A stretch of DNA of 60,375 nt, counting the filler, from Fonticula-like sp. SCN 57-25 (Eukaryota), in NCBI GenBank assembly GCA_001724245.1. It is 6 parts of 6 records of this genome, joined end to end, with 100 filler letters (N's around TTAATTAATTAA, not from the genome) between each part and the next. Parts side by side here need not be neighbours in the genome. Positions count along the whole stretch, not along the records: positions 28,824 to 38,057 come from MEDX01000263.1; positions 38,158 to 51,093 come from MEDX01000264.1; 4 more parts are not named here. One strand, given 5' to 3'. The position numbers were made by a program, and so were the translations under genes. Under the pieces are notes generated by a model that saw only the letters and a list, made by a program, of their open reading frames with translations, was not told the origin of the DNA and did not search any database. Shown in pieces: positions 35,801-49,062 of the stretch (within the stretch, counting starts at the first letter, position 1; every line of letters begins with the position of its first letter).

Positions 35801-38057
35801 TCGAGCCGTACATGGGCGCCACCCCGATGCTGCTCCTCGACGCCATCAACTTTAACAACACGCTCCCGTCGGCGCAGCTCACCATCACGTCGCAGACCAT
35901 CCAGAGCAACCCGGTCATCGCGCTCACCTACGAGTGGGCGTCGCTCCCGGGCACCGTCCAGGCCTTTGGCTTTTCCGACTACCCGCTCACCGTCGTTGAC
36001 CCGACCAACCCGGCCAACCTCGGCAGCGCCCCGGGCCTCTCGACGCTCATCCTCAAGAAGGACGTGCTCTCGGCCAGCTCGGCGTACAAGTTCCGCCTGA
36101 TTGCGCGCAACTCGGCCGGTACTATTGTCGCCTTCTGCGACATCATCATCCGCACGACCATGGGCCCGACCTCTGGCAGCATGATTGTGACGCCCAACTC
36201 TGGCGCCATCAACGCCTTCTACGACCAGGTGACCATTGCCCTGCCCAACTGGACCGCCGACCCCGACCAGCTGCCGCTCACGTACGCCGTGCGCCTCTAC
36301 ACCGACGCCACGTCGTTTGTCGAGCTGTCGTCGGTTGCGCCCGCCTTCTTCTCGTCGAGCCTCCCCAACCCCGTTGAGGGCGGCTGGATCCGCGTCGAGG
36401 GCCGCATCACCCAGCGCAACGGCGCCACCACGGTTGTGTCGCAGACGCTCACCAACGTGCGCTCGTGCCTCATCACGTCGGTCGCGGACCTCCTGCAGTT
36501 CAGCAACTACATTGCTCAGCGCGGCAACGAGCTGACGCTCCTCGGCGACGACGAGGGTCTTATCGTGCTCAGCAACAATGCGCTCACCTGCATGCCGACG
36601 ACCGACAACGGCCGCCGCCGCCGCCGCGCGCTCGACCCCGAGTCGGAGACTCAGCTGTCTGCCCTTCTCGTCGAGATTGTCAACATGAACGCCGCCGCGA
36701 TGGCCGGCCAGCCTCAGTCGGCCGACAACCTGATCAAGTCCATGTGCGTGATGCAGACGGTGACCGCCGCCGGCCCCGGCCTCCCGGCCAACATGTCGGA
36801 CGCCTTCCTGTCGCAGATCCTCAGCAACGTCGACTCGCTCGAGGAGGCCTTCCAGTACGGCTCAGTGCTCCCCGAGAGCTTTATGAGCTGCCTTCTCGCC
36901 GCGCAGGAGAACGCGCTTCTGTCGCGCAACATTACCAGCATTGCCGACCTTGAGCTGTTCTGGACCGCGCTCGACCGCAGCACGGACATGTTCCAGACCG
37001 CCGAGCAGTGCGGCCAGCTGCCGCGCTCCCTCTCGACGTCGCTCATCGACTACACCACCGGCCGCAGCCAGATCTACGAGTCGCTGCTGACCTACGGCAT
37101 GTTTACCTTCCCGCCCGCTTTCCAGTACACGGACGACAGCGGCTCGCCTCGCTGCATGTGCCTCGACACGACCACGATTGCCAACACTGTGTACAATGGC
37201 GTCCCGCTCCCGCAGGGCTACAACACGACCGCGTCGGGCGACAGCGACCTCTACGAGCCCGGCACCGACCCGACCAACGGCGGCATGTCGCTCCAGTCGC
37301 CGCTCATCGCCACGATGCGCCTTCGTGACTGCTCGCGCGCGACGACGCTCGGCATGGCCGACACCAACAGCCCGATCCCGCTCACCGACCTCGACGGCTT
37401 TGTCGTCTCGATCGCCTTTAACTTTGCCGCCGGCGACAACTTTGTTCCCACCGCCGCGCTCTGCGTCTACCTCGACTCTGCCACTGGCGAGTGGTCCACT
37501 GAGGGCGTCCGCCTCGTCGCCGCCAACGCGACGCACGCGACCTGCACGACGTCTCACTTCTCCGAGTTTGCCATCCTGCAGCAGATCACCGTCCCGGTCG
37601 TGAACCCGACGTCGACCAGCGTCCCCGTCGAGGGCGCTGGCCTCGAGCCGTGGGCCGCTGCCCTCATCACCCTCGCCGCCGTCTTTGTCGCGAGCGGCAT
37701 CCTCGTCGGCCTCTTTGTTGCCCGCCGCAACCGCCAGAAGCCCGCCGCCGTCCTCACCGAGCAGGTCGCCGACCGCCGCCAGCTCGACTTTTTCACCTTC
37801 TCCACCGAGGCGTCGGGCATCGACGCCGTCACCCCGCCGGCCTACAACAAGTCGCTCGCCGCGGCCGCCGGCGCCGTCGCCGTGTCCCGCAAGCTGCCCG
37901 AGTACGCCGCGCCCCCGGCCTACACCGACTTTATGCTCGCCAAGGGCCGCAAGGCGACCCCGCCGGGCGCGCCTTTCGTCGCCGCCGCTGCCGTCGCCGC
38001 CCCTGCCGCCTTTACCGTTGAGGAGCAGGAGGAGACCGACAGCGATGTCGACGACGA
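32861..38057 (+). CDS. Large single-pass receptor: signal peptide, Calx-beta, CGVC Cys repeats, IPT/TIG, REJ/PKD-like region, GAIN/GPS, TM, PPxY tail; 3' truncated
   Basis: MFKRASALVLVLLASAVLA; FSKPSFDVDESAG...GTAVEGFDF...TIHDNE; DxCGVCxGD repeats; DVIPNSGP...VTIHGAGF; PTSGSMIVTPNSG...WT...LPLTY; CVYLD...WSTEGV...CTTSHFSEFAIL; TM WAAALITLAAVFVASGILVGLFV. Confidence 0.88.
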
Positions 38058-38157
38058 NNNNNNNNNNNNNNNNNNNNNNNNNNNNNNNNNNNNNNNNNNN
38101 NTTAATTAATTAANNNNNNNNNNNNNNNNNNNNNNNNNNNNNNNNNNNNNNNNNNNN
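38058..38157. other. Artificial contig linker
   Basis: N44-TTAATTAATTAA-N44. Confidence 0.99.
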
Positions 38158-38257
38158 GGACAAGATCAAGGCGCTCAATGACGCCGGCGTCGTCGTCGCA
38201 GAGTCGCCCGCTCGCCTCGGCTCCACCATGGCCACCGTGTTTGCCAACAAGAAGTAA
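38158..38257 (+). CDS. SUCLG1: Succinyl-CoA ligase alpha subunit, last codons
   Basis: DKIKALNDAGVVVAESPARLGSTMATVFANKK* matches the conserved SucD/LSC1 C-terminus. Confidence 0.85.
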
Positions 38258-38530
38258 GGGAAAAAAAGTGCTCGCTGATGCGGGACCTGTTTGATCCAAA
38301 TAAAGTAGAAAAGAAAAGAAATGCACAGTATTATGTGAGTGGAATAATCAAAGTACATACATGAAATGAAAATATTTTGCCGTTTCAGAGTCAGTTCTGA
38401 TATTGGCAAGTGAATCCGAATGTGCACTTTGCCACTTTTCAGTATGAAAAAGCCTGTTTTTAATTATGAAAATGTCACCATTATTTAATTGTGCAATGTT
38501 ACGTGGCTGTGTACTGTTTTGAATATAATA

Positions 38531-39610
<1,080 letters not shown>

Positions 39611-40029
39611 GGTCGCCGAGCAAGCCCTGCAGAAAAAACCGAAAAACTAGATGCGGCTACGTCCCGCGCAAAGATACGCTGCCAGCGGGCCGCGGCACTA
39701 GAGATCAATAGCGAAAGAAAGGCGGAAAGAAAGCGCCGCCGCGATGCTTTGTCGTGGCAGGAGACGACACCGCGCGCGACACAAGAGCCAGCAACGAATC
39801 AGCCAATGGGAGCGCAGCAAATCGGGAAATCGACGCGGCAGATCAAAGTGACATACAGATCTCATTTCAGTTGGCGCCTCATCGTGCAAACCATCTGTGT
39901 CCCTGCTTGCCATTAGCGGCAAGTGGCCGAAAGGACGGAGCGATCGCGGCCACATGCCCATTTTCCGGTCTTTTTCTTTCGAGTCCTGTATTTCTTTGTA
40001 CAATAGCATTGGTATATGGGTAGTCCTTG

Positions 40030-41770
40030 TTAGCGCTTGACCCACGTGAAGCTCTTGCGGGCCTTCTTGTGGCCAAACTTTTTCCTCTCGACGATGCGGT
40101 CGTCGCGCGTGAGCAGCGCATCTGGGCAGAGAAAAAAAGGAAAAAGAAAAGAAAAAGTGTGTCAGCAAAGCAGCAAAAGCAACGCGCGGCTTGTGCGTAC
40201 CCGACTTTAGCGCGAGCTTGAGCGACGGCTCCATGCGCTTGAGCGCGACGCTGAGCCCGTGCCGGATCGCCTGCGCCTGACCGGTCTTGCCGCCGCCCTG
40301 GACGGTGCACCAGACGTCGTACTTGCCGTACGAGTGCGTCACCTCAAAGGGCCGCACGATGTCGTGGATGTGCCAGAGGCGCGGGAAATAGTCCGAGAGC
40401 ACCTTTTCGTTCACCATGAAGCGGCCGTCGCCCTTTTTGATCCACACGCGCGCAACGGCCGTCTTGCGCTTCCCCGTCGCGTACATGCGGCCCTGCTCGT
40501 CCACAGTCCACTTGCGCGGCTCGTTCTGAAGGCGCTTGCCCGGGGGCTGGAACGTGCGCAGGTACACGTCGAGAAGGGGGAACGACGGCAGAGCGGCGAG
40601 CTCATTCAGGCGCTGCACAATAGACCTGGTAAAAAAGGGTGATAAGTAAAACTAAAAAAGGAAAAGAAAGACGTACCGATACTGCTTGGCGCGCAGGAGA
40701 ACGCCGAGGTGCTCCTCAAAGAACTCGCGCGGCTGCCACGCCGGCGGAGCCACCTTGGCCTGCTCAAACGGCGAGAGCGCGTTGAGGATACCCTCGATGC
40801 GCGTCTGCTTCTTGCCGTCCGTGGCGGTCGCACCGGCGGCGTCCAAGCCGTCGTCGGACGAGTCGGAGCCGGCAGACGAGCCGCTGCTGCTGTTGGCGCG
40901 CTGCTCGGCGTGCGCACGAGCGCGCCTCACGCGGTCCTGGACGCGCTCCTCGTGCGTCATGTCGGCACCAGGCTCCGCGTTGAGCTCAAAGGAATCGTCC
41001 TCTTCGTCGAGCCCAAAGCGATCGAGGCCAATGTTGCCCCAGATCTGCTTGCGCTGCACGGGATCGCGCGCGGCATCGCGCACGTTGGCCAAAAGCCTGT
41101 CGAGCTCCTCCAAAAAGTCGTGGTACCTCTGCTTGCCCATGAAGAAAAAGGGCGACTCGGGCCGCGACGGGAGGCGGAACATGTTCACATAGTGCTCGCG
41201 ATCCTGCTCGTCCATCTCGCGGAGCTGCTCACGGAGCCGCTCGCGAATAATCTCACCTTCCTCGCGCATCTGCTCCTCGACGGCGCGGTCCTCCCGCGAC
41301 ATCTCGTCACCCAGAGCGCTCTCGGCGCCAATGGCGGCTGCCGCCGCGGCGTCCTCCTTGGCGGCCGCCTTGCCCGCGGCCTTGCCGGCGGTCTTGCGGT
41401 GCATGCGCTCCATCTCGGAACTCACGAGCGGGTCCGCGTCGGCGGCGTGCAGGGCGCGCTTAAGTACCGGGTTCGTCAAAAGCGTCGACTCGAGGCGCTG
41501 AGAAACGCGGTTGAGGCGCTCCTCAATCTCCTCGAGGTACGTGGCGGAAGGCGCCTGATCATCGGCCTTGGCGCCCGTCCGGAGCTCCGCGCGCAGGCGC
41601 TGGATCTCGTCGGCGACGGCGCCACTGTGGTGGTCCGGCGCAGGCGGGAAAATAGACGGCGGAAAGATAGACTCGGGCCTCTTCTTTGGCGCAACGGACG
41701 ACGAAAGCATCGCCAGAGGACGCAGCCCCGGGCGCGCCACCGCCGCACGCGCGGCCGCTGCCATGGCCAT
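40030..41770 (-). CDS. MRPS9: Mitochondrial ribosomal protein uS9m
   Basis: Ala/Arg-rich presequence; GKRKTAVARV, GGGKTGQAQAIRHG, LLTRDDRIVERKKFGHKKARKSFTWVKR*. Confidence 0.96.
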
Positions 41771-42119
41771 TTTTCCACTGTGCCGACTGCGGTTCCGGAT
41801 CGAATACTGGATCAAACACNAATCCGGAACACACCGATCCAGATTCGCAATTTCCCACACTCGACTGTGTCGGGCAATTTTGATTGGATGCGGTGGTTGA
41901 CATGATTGTGACCTCGTCCAATCAAATTGTACCAAGCCCCCATGAAGTGGGGGCTCGACGTTACAAGCTGTCGACCGGGCCGAGGAAGAGAAACCTGTGC
42001 TGGGTGCTAGGGGTTGACAAATCACGCGAGATCCAATTTTTTCCCCTCGCGTTATCTTTGGTCGCGGCGAGGAATTTTAAAGTTGGCTGCCCGGTTGCGA
42101 CAGCGCGAGTACCTTAACC

Positions 42120-43391
42120 ATGCAGAGCGAGGTGTTTGGGGCCGAGTCGGAGGGGATGCAGTTTGTTTGCTCCATGATGACGGCCGGGGATCAGCATCCC
42201 ATGTTTGGTTCAATCTTGGAGGACGAGCGCGTTGGAGCGTACCTCGCCGCGGTAACGCCGCCGGAATCGCCGCGCACGGGAGCAGACGGCCTGCGGCCCG
42301 ACGCTGATGTTTTCATCTCGTTTTCTTCGCCTGAGCATGCCGATGGAGCAGGCCAATCGTACAAGCGCCGCCGCCTCGATGAAGAGTGCGCGACGGTGCG
42401 CGTCCTCTCGCCGCCCGCGACACCGCCGGGCTCTGCGGAGGCCTCACACGCGCCGCACTCGCCGCCCGGCCCGCTGCCGGCATCCTTTGCGCCGTCGGAG
42501 CTCTTTGTCCTCAACTCGATCAATGATGCGGACGCCGTGTGTGACGCTGTCTGCGGCGGCAGCCAATACGCGAACGCGGTGCGCTCGCTAGCGACGAGCG
42601 CTGGCGCGCACGTGTGCTCGTCGCTGGACGCGCGCGGCCTCGGCATTGTGCACTTTGCGGTGAAGGACGGGAGCTCAGAGACGCTCGCGGTCCTGTCCGA
42701 GCTGCAGCCGACGCACGAGTGGGTGCATCTGCGCGACGGCCTCGGCGGGTGCACGCCGCTCGCGTGGGCGGTTGCGTTCCGCCAGCCGCGCCTCGCTTCG
42801 CTGCTGCTGCGGCTGGGCGCGTCGCCGTCGGACGACGGCCGTCAGGAGGCGCCGCTGCGGCTCGCGTGCGCGGCGGGCGACGCGGCCATGGTGGCGCTCC
42901 TGCTCGACGAGGCGCAGGCAGGGTCGCTCGACATGAACGCACAGGACGAGAATGGTCAGACGGTGCTGCACGCGGCGTGCTCGTCGAGCAGGAGAGACAT
43001 TGTCGAGGCGCTCTTTGCAAAGGGCGCACTCGCGTCGGTGCGCGACGCGCGGGGAATGTCGCCGCTCGCGTGCGCCGTCATCCACAGGTCGGTCGGCGTG
43101 CTCGACTTGCTCGTAAAGGACCGCGCGCTGCTCAACGGCGCCGACAGGGGAGGCAGGACGCCGCTCCACTGGGCGGCCGCGTGCGGGGCGGCCGATATTG
43201 CCGCTGTGCTCATAAAGGCCGGCGCAAAGATCGAATCGCGAGACCGCAGGGGGCGCACGCCGCTCCTCGCTGCTGCGTTTAATGGCCACAAGAATGTGGC
43301 CGATATGCTGCTGCTACAAAAGGCGGACGCGACCGTTGAGGACAATGAAGGGAGACAGCTGGGCGGGAGGAAAGGCGATCATGTACTATAG
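42120..43391 (+). CDS. Ankyrin-repeat protein (about 6-7 repeats), intronless
   Basis: GCTPLAWA, GQTVLHAA, GMSPLACA, GRTPLHWAA, GRTPLLAAA. Confidence 0.92.
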   Translation: MQSEVFGAESEGMQFVCSMMTAGDQHPMFGSILEDERVGAYLAAVTPPESPRTGADGLRPDADVFISFSSPEHADGAGQSYKRRRLDEECATVRVLSPPATPPGSAEASHAPHSPPGPLPASFAPSELFVLNSINDADAVCDAVCGGSQYANAVRSLATSAGAHVCSSLDARGLGIVHFAVKDGSSETLAVLSELQPTHEWVHLRDGLGGCTPLAWAVAFRQPRLASLLLRLGASPSDDGRQEAPLRLACAAGDAAMVALLLDEAQAGSLDMNAQDENGQTVLHAACSSSRRDIVEALFAKGALASVRDARGMSPLACAVIHRSVGVLDLLVKDRALLNGADRGGRTPLHWAAACGAADIAAVLIKAGAKIESRDRRGRTPLLAAAFNGHKNVADMLLLQKADATVEDNEGRQLGGRKGDHVL

Positions 43392-43557
43392 TTGTTTGGC
43401 TTGTTAAATTTGCTGTTGTTAGAGGTTTGTTTTTTACCATTTGTGCCTGTTTTGCCGTTGTTTTGTATTTAGAGTGTGTTTCGAAATAGTCATGGGACGT
43501 GCTGCCCTCTCTACCTCCCCCATGTATACTAGCCAATAAAAAAGTATGATACTCTAT

Positions 43558-44209
43558 TTACAGCGAACGCAGAATTTGGTTGGTGGCCTTTACGATAATC
43601 TGGTGCTCCGTGGCGTGCACGCGCTCCTCGAGCACCTCGAGCGTGTCGTCGGGATTGATCGGGATCGGCTGCACCAGAATGACCTCGCCGCGGTCGACCT
43701 CGGGGATCACAAAGTGGACCATAGCGCCGGTCTCCTTGATGGAGCCTACAAAGCGTCGTTAGAGACAGGCTCGACGTATGAGAAGCACGCGCACCCTCCT
43801 TGTAGGCATTGAAGGCGCGCTCGATGGCGTGGGTGCCGTCAAAGGCGCCGGGAAGCGCGGGATGCAGGTTGATCACGCGGCGGGGGAACTGCTGCAGAAA
43901 GACCGGGCTGAGCACGTGCATCCAGCCAGCGAGGACAATGAGCGCCACGTCGGGCACGAGGCGCTTGATTTCCTCCGCCAGCAGGGCGTCATAGTCGGCG
44001 CGCGTCTTGCCGGCGTCCGTCAAGGGCTTGAGCGGAAAGTAGAGCTGCGGGACGCCCGCCTTTTCGGCGCGCTGGAGCCCAAACGCGTTCTTGCGGTTAG
44101 AAACAACAAGGCTAATCGTTCCGGCGAGCTCCCCGGCCGCCTGGCTGTCCAGGAGCGCCTGCAGGTTCGACCCGCTCCCCGAGATGAGCACGACCAGCTT
44201 CGGAGCCAT
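43558..44209 (-). CDS. ADE8: Stand-alone phosphoribosylglycinamide formyltransferase (PurN/Ade8), 2 exons
   Basis: VVLISGSGSNLQAL, LAGWMHVL, INLHPALPGAFDGTHAIERA, TGAMVHFVIPEVDRG. Confidence 0.96.
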
Positions 44210-44216
44210 GTTGCGA

Positions 44217-44250
44217 TGCAAACTGACATGCAAACTTGCATGCAAACTGG
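44217..44250. promoter_or_regulatory. Triple TGCAAACT motif in the 57-bp ADE8/MRM2 divergent promoter
   Basis: tgcaaactgacatgcaaacttgcatgcaaactgg: three copies at 12-bp spacing. Confidence 0.5.
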
Positions 44251-44266
44251 CCAGAACTGGGCCATC

Positions 44267-45049
44267 ATGCTGACCGTGCGGCGGGCGGTGGCGGAGATTG
44301 GCCTGCCGGGATGGTCGCGCGCGCTAAAGACACCCTCGTACGTCGCACTTACCGTCGTTTGCGCTGCTGACAGGGTTTTAGCTCAAAATTGTGGGTTGCG
44401 CGGCAGCAGCGCGACCCGTTTGTTCGCGACGCGTCATCGAGCGGGTACCGCGCTCGGAGCGCCCTCAAGCTGGTCGAGATGGACGACAAGGTCGGCGTTT
44501 TGCGCCCTGGCCACCGCGTTGTCGACCTCGGGGCGGCGCCGGGCAGCTGGTCGCAGGTGGCCGCGGCGCGCGTGCGCTCGACAGCAGCCAATCCGCTCGT
44601 CGTCGGCGTCGATCTCTTGGGTGCGCACGCGTCAATCCATTTCCGTTCCCTGACGTCGGCGGCCAGAGTGCGAGCCGCTCGAGGGCGCGCTGTTGATACA
44701 GGGCGACGTACTTGAGGATGCGACGCTTGCGAGGATACTGGACGGGATGGGGGGCAGCAAGGCGGACGTCCTGCTGAGCGACATGGCGCCAAATGCGACC
44801 GGCCACGCGTCGATCGACCACCTGCAGCAGCTCGAGCTGTGCGACATGGCGCTCTCGCTCTGCCCGACGCTGCTCAAGGAGGACACTGGCGCGCTCGTGA
44901 TCAAGGTGTACATGGGTTCCGAGGAAGCGGCGTTTGTGGACGCGGTGCGCGCCGCCTTCCGGTCCGTCAAGCGCATCAAGCCGGCGGCGTCGCGCAAGGA
45001 GAGCAGGGAGTTTTATCTCGTGGCACAGGGGTACCGCGGCGCCGACTAG
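44267..45049 (+). CDS. MRM2: RrmJ/FtsJ-type mitochondrial rRNA 2'-O-methyltransferase, 3 exons
   Basis: WVARQQRDPFV...YRARSALKL, VVDLGAAPGSWSQV, VLLSDMAPN, KPAASRKESREFY. Confidence 0.93.
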
Positions 45050-45137
45050 ACGGCCGGCCGGGCAGTGAGCATTATTGAGCACAGCATTTTGTAACAGCAT
45101 TTATTCATGTATGTATAATGACATTGTATGACCAAGA

Positions 45138-46408
<1,271 letters not shown>

Positions 46409-46580
46409 CTATCCAATCACACATCGTTCTGACACGACGATGGTCGCAAAGGCCAATAAATGGGACTGACTGCGGCAAAACGTGTATTGCGGCGGCAAAA
46501 CGTACATTGCAGCTTCACATGAACAGAGAACAAATACAAAAAACGGGAAAACAGAGCGAAATGGGCAGCGACCCGGCAAA

Positions 46581-47780
46581 CTACTCGGTAGCCTTTGACT
46601 TTTTCTTGCCGGCAGCAGCGCTCTTGGCGGCCACTTGGACAACAGGCGTTCCGAGGTTGAGCGACTGCACCGGAGATTCGATGCGGCCCTCATTTCCGCC
46701 CTTTCCCTTGGGCGCGGCCTTGGTGGGCGCCGCGCGCGACTGCGTCTTGGCCGTGCCAGCGTCCGCCGACAGGTCGTTGAGGCCGCCGGCATTGTCATCG
46801 TCAGAGTCGTCGTCGTCGTCGTCGTCGTCCGACACATCCGAGTCGTGCTGCGCCACGGCCACAGGGCGCGACGCGGCGGCAGTGTTCTTGCCCGGCACGA
46901 GCATCTGCTTGCCGTTGGCGCCGCCAGCCGCGTACGGCTTCGGGATGCCGAGCGTGATCGAGTTGAGCGGCGGGATGACAGACCCCGACGCCTCCTCATC
47001 GTCCTCATCATCATCGTCGTCCGACGACGAGACGGGCTTGGCGAAAGGCTTGGCGGGCAGCGGCTTGGCGGCAGCGGCGGCCTTGACGGTCTTGGGGATG
47101 GCGGCGGGGGCGGCCTTGGCCTTGGCGGGCGCCTTGGGCGCTTCGGCCTCAGACTCCTCCTCAGCCGCCGGCGCAGGCGCGGCCTTCTTGCTGCGGGGCT
47201 TCTGGGCGGCGGGTGCCTCGGAGGCAGCGTCGGCAGTCTCGGCGGCAACGGCGTTCTTGGAGCGCTTCTTGGGCGCCACCGCTTCAGCAGCAACCGGCGC
47301 AGCGGCCGGGGCCTCGGCAGCCTTTGCGCGCTTGGGCTCCTCCGGCTGCGCCTCGGCCGCGGGGGCCTCATCGACGCGCGCCTTCTTCGCGGCGCTCTCC
47401 TCGGCATCGCTCACCTTGGCCTCAGCGGCATCGGCCGCAGGCTTGGGACGGCGGCGCTTGGGCTCGGCAGCCACGACATAGACGGTGTCGCGGTCGGAGA
47501 ACACATCGGACACGAGGTACTCGGGGTCCAGGTCGCAGTGCGCGCTGTCCTGGAGGCGGTGCACGATGAGGCTGCGGGGGCGCGCGGTGAGCCACACGTC
47601 AACCGTGAGTCACCAAAAAGCGTACCGAGGGCTCTCGCGAGCGTAAAGGCGCTTGTGCGTCGCCTGCACGGTCTCGATGAGGTCCTCGATCTTCTGACCG
47701 GCCGTGGCAAACACAAGGAAAAGGCGAGTGGGGCTCACCGAGATGCGCAGGCCAAGCTTGGTATCCTCCGCGTCGGCCAT
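46581..47780 (-). CDS. Probable nucleolar protein with Net1/Tof2/Dnt1-type N-terminal domain and K/A/D-rich tail, 2 exons
   Basis: RLFLVF...IEDL...HKRLY...LQDSAHCDLDPEYLVSDVF...VYVV resembles the Cdc14-binding-protein N-terminal domain (LQDxxxCDLDxxxxVxDVF). Confidence 0.7.
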
Positions 47781-47964
47781 GGTTGCAACAGCCGATTCCA
47801 CGACCACGAGGGTGTTGGCAGGAAAAGAAGGCGAAAACGGTCGGAAAGGCGCGTTTTGTTGGCAAATCAGACCAGATTCTGCAAAATCAGGAGGAATCAG
47901 GCAAAATAAGCCGGTTCGCCGGCAGGATTGTTGTCCTTTTGCCCTATCCGCAGTTAAGTGCGTC

Positions 47965-48684
47965 ATGGCGACAGAGGATGCCAAGCAGCGGTGGCTGCCG
48001 CTGGAATCCAACCCAGAGGTGATGAACAGGTTTATTTGGGACCTCGGCGCGTCTCAGGACTATGAGTTTGTGGACGTGTTTGGCCTGGACGAAGAGTTCC
48101 TCGCCATGGTGCCGCAGCCGGCGCTAGCCGCGCTGCTGCTGTTCCCCGTTTCGCCGGCTACCGAGCAGGCGCGCCATGACGAGAACGCGCGTCTGTCGTC
48201 CGCGGAGCAGCAACTGCCGGCATCGACGGTGTTTGTCAAGCAGACTATTTCCAATGCTTGCGGCACGATTGGGCTTGTGCACGCTGCCTGCAACAATGCT
48301 GATGTTCTTGGACTCGACGACGATTCCTTTTTCGGTCGCCTAGTAAAGCTCTCCAGGGGCGGGGCCTCGCCCAACGATCTTGCCAAGGTGATTGAGACGG
48401 ACAAGACGATTGGCGATACGCACAGCACTCTTGCGCAGGAGGGGCAGACTGCACCCCCGCAGCTCGACGAGGTAGTCGACCTTCACTTTGTGTGCTTCAC
48501 CGTTGTCGATGGCCGACTCCTGGAGCTCGACGGGCGAAAGGCGTTCCCCATTGACCATGGCCCCTGCACGTCGGATGATTTCCTCGCCGGGGTCGCTCGG
48601 CGTGTGCATGCGTTCATCGCGCTCGACCCGGACAACGTGAATTTTAATTTGGTTGCGCTCACAAAGAAGGGCCAAGATGATTAA
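47965..48684 (+). CDS. UCHL3: Ubiquitin C-terminal hydrolase (peptidase C12, UCH-L3/Yuh1 type), intronless
   Basis: RWLPLESNPEV, LLLFP, KQTISNACGTIGLVHA, LHFVCF, ELDGRKAFPIDHG. Confidence 0.95.
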   Translation: MATEDAKQRWLPLESNPEVMNRFIWDLGASQDYEFVDVFGLDEEFLAMVPQPALAALLLFPVSPATEQARHDENARLSSAEQQLPASTVFVKQTISNACGTIGLVHAACNNADVLGLDDDSFFGRLVKLSRGGASPNDLAKVIETDKTIGDTHSTLAQEGQTAPPQLDEVVDLHFVCFTVVDGRLLELDGRKAFPIDHGPCTSDDFLAGVARRVHAFIALDPDNVNFNLVALTKKGQDD

Positions 48685-49062
48685 ATCGCTAATGTAATTC
48701 ATATGGAGCATATTTTGTACAATGTAGTATGGCTGTGGGTATAAACGGACACTTCAAAGGCGACGGATTCATCGTCGATGCGGCAATGGTCGCAAGTGAT
48801 GCTGCTCAGATTGATGTCAAGAGCCAAGTGGAAAATTGTTCAAAATTATAAGGCGCAGGTAGTACAGCAATAAAACGAAACGTAAAGAGGAGATCAATTC
48901 ATTTGCATATGGGATAACACCGCTGGAAGGGCGGACTTGCGCGAATCAGGATAGAAATCAGATAAATCAGATGCAATCTGCAATGCTGTCACCAACAGGT
49001 CACCAACTCCCAGCAGGTCACCATCGTCAACATGTTGTCTTCGTTCAACGTTCCCACCTACC

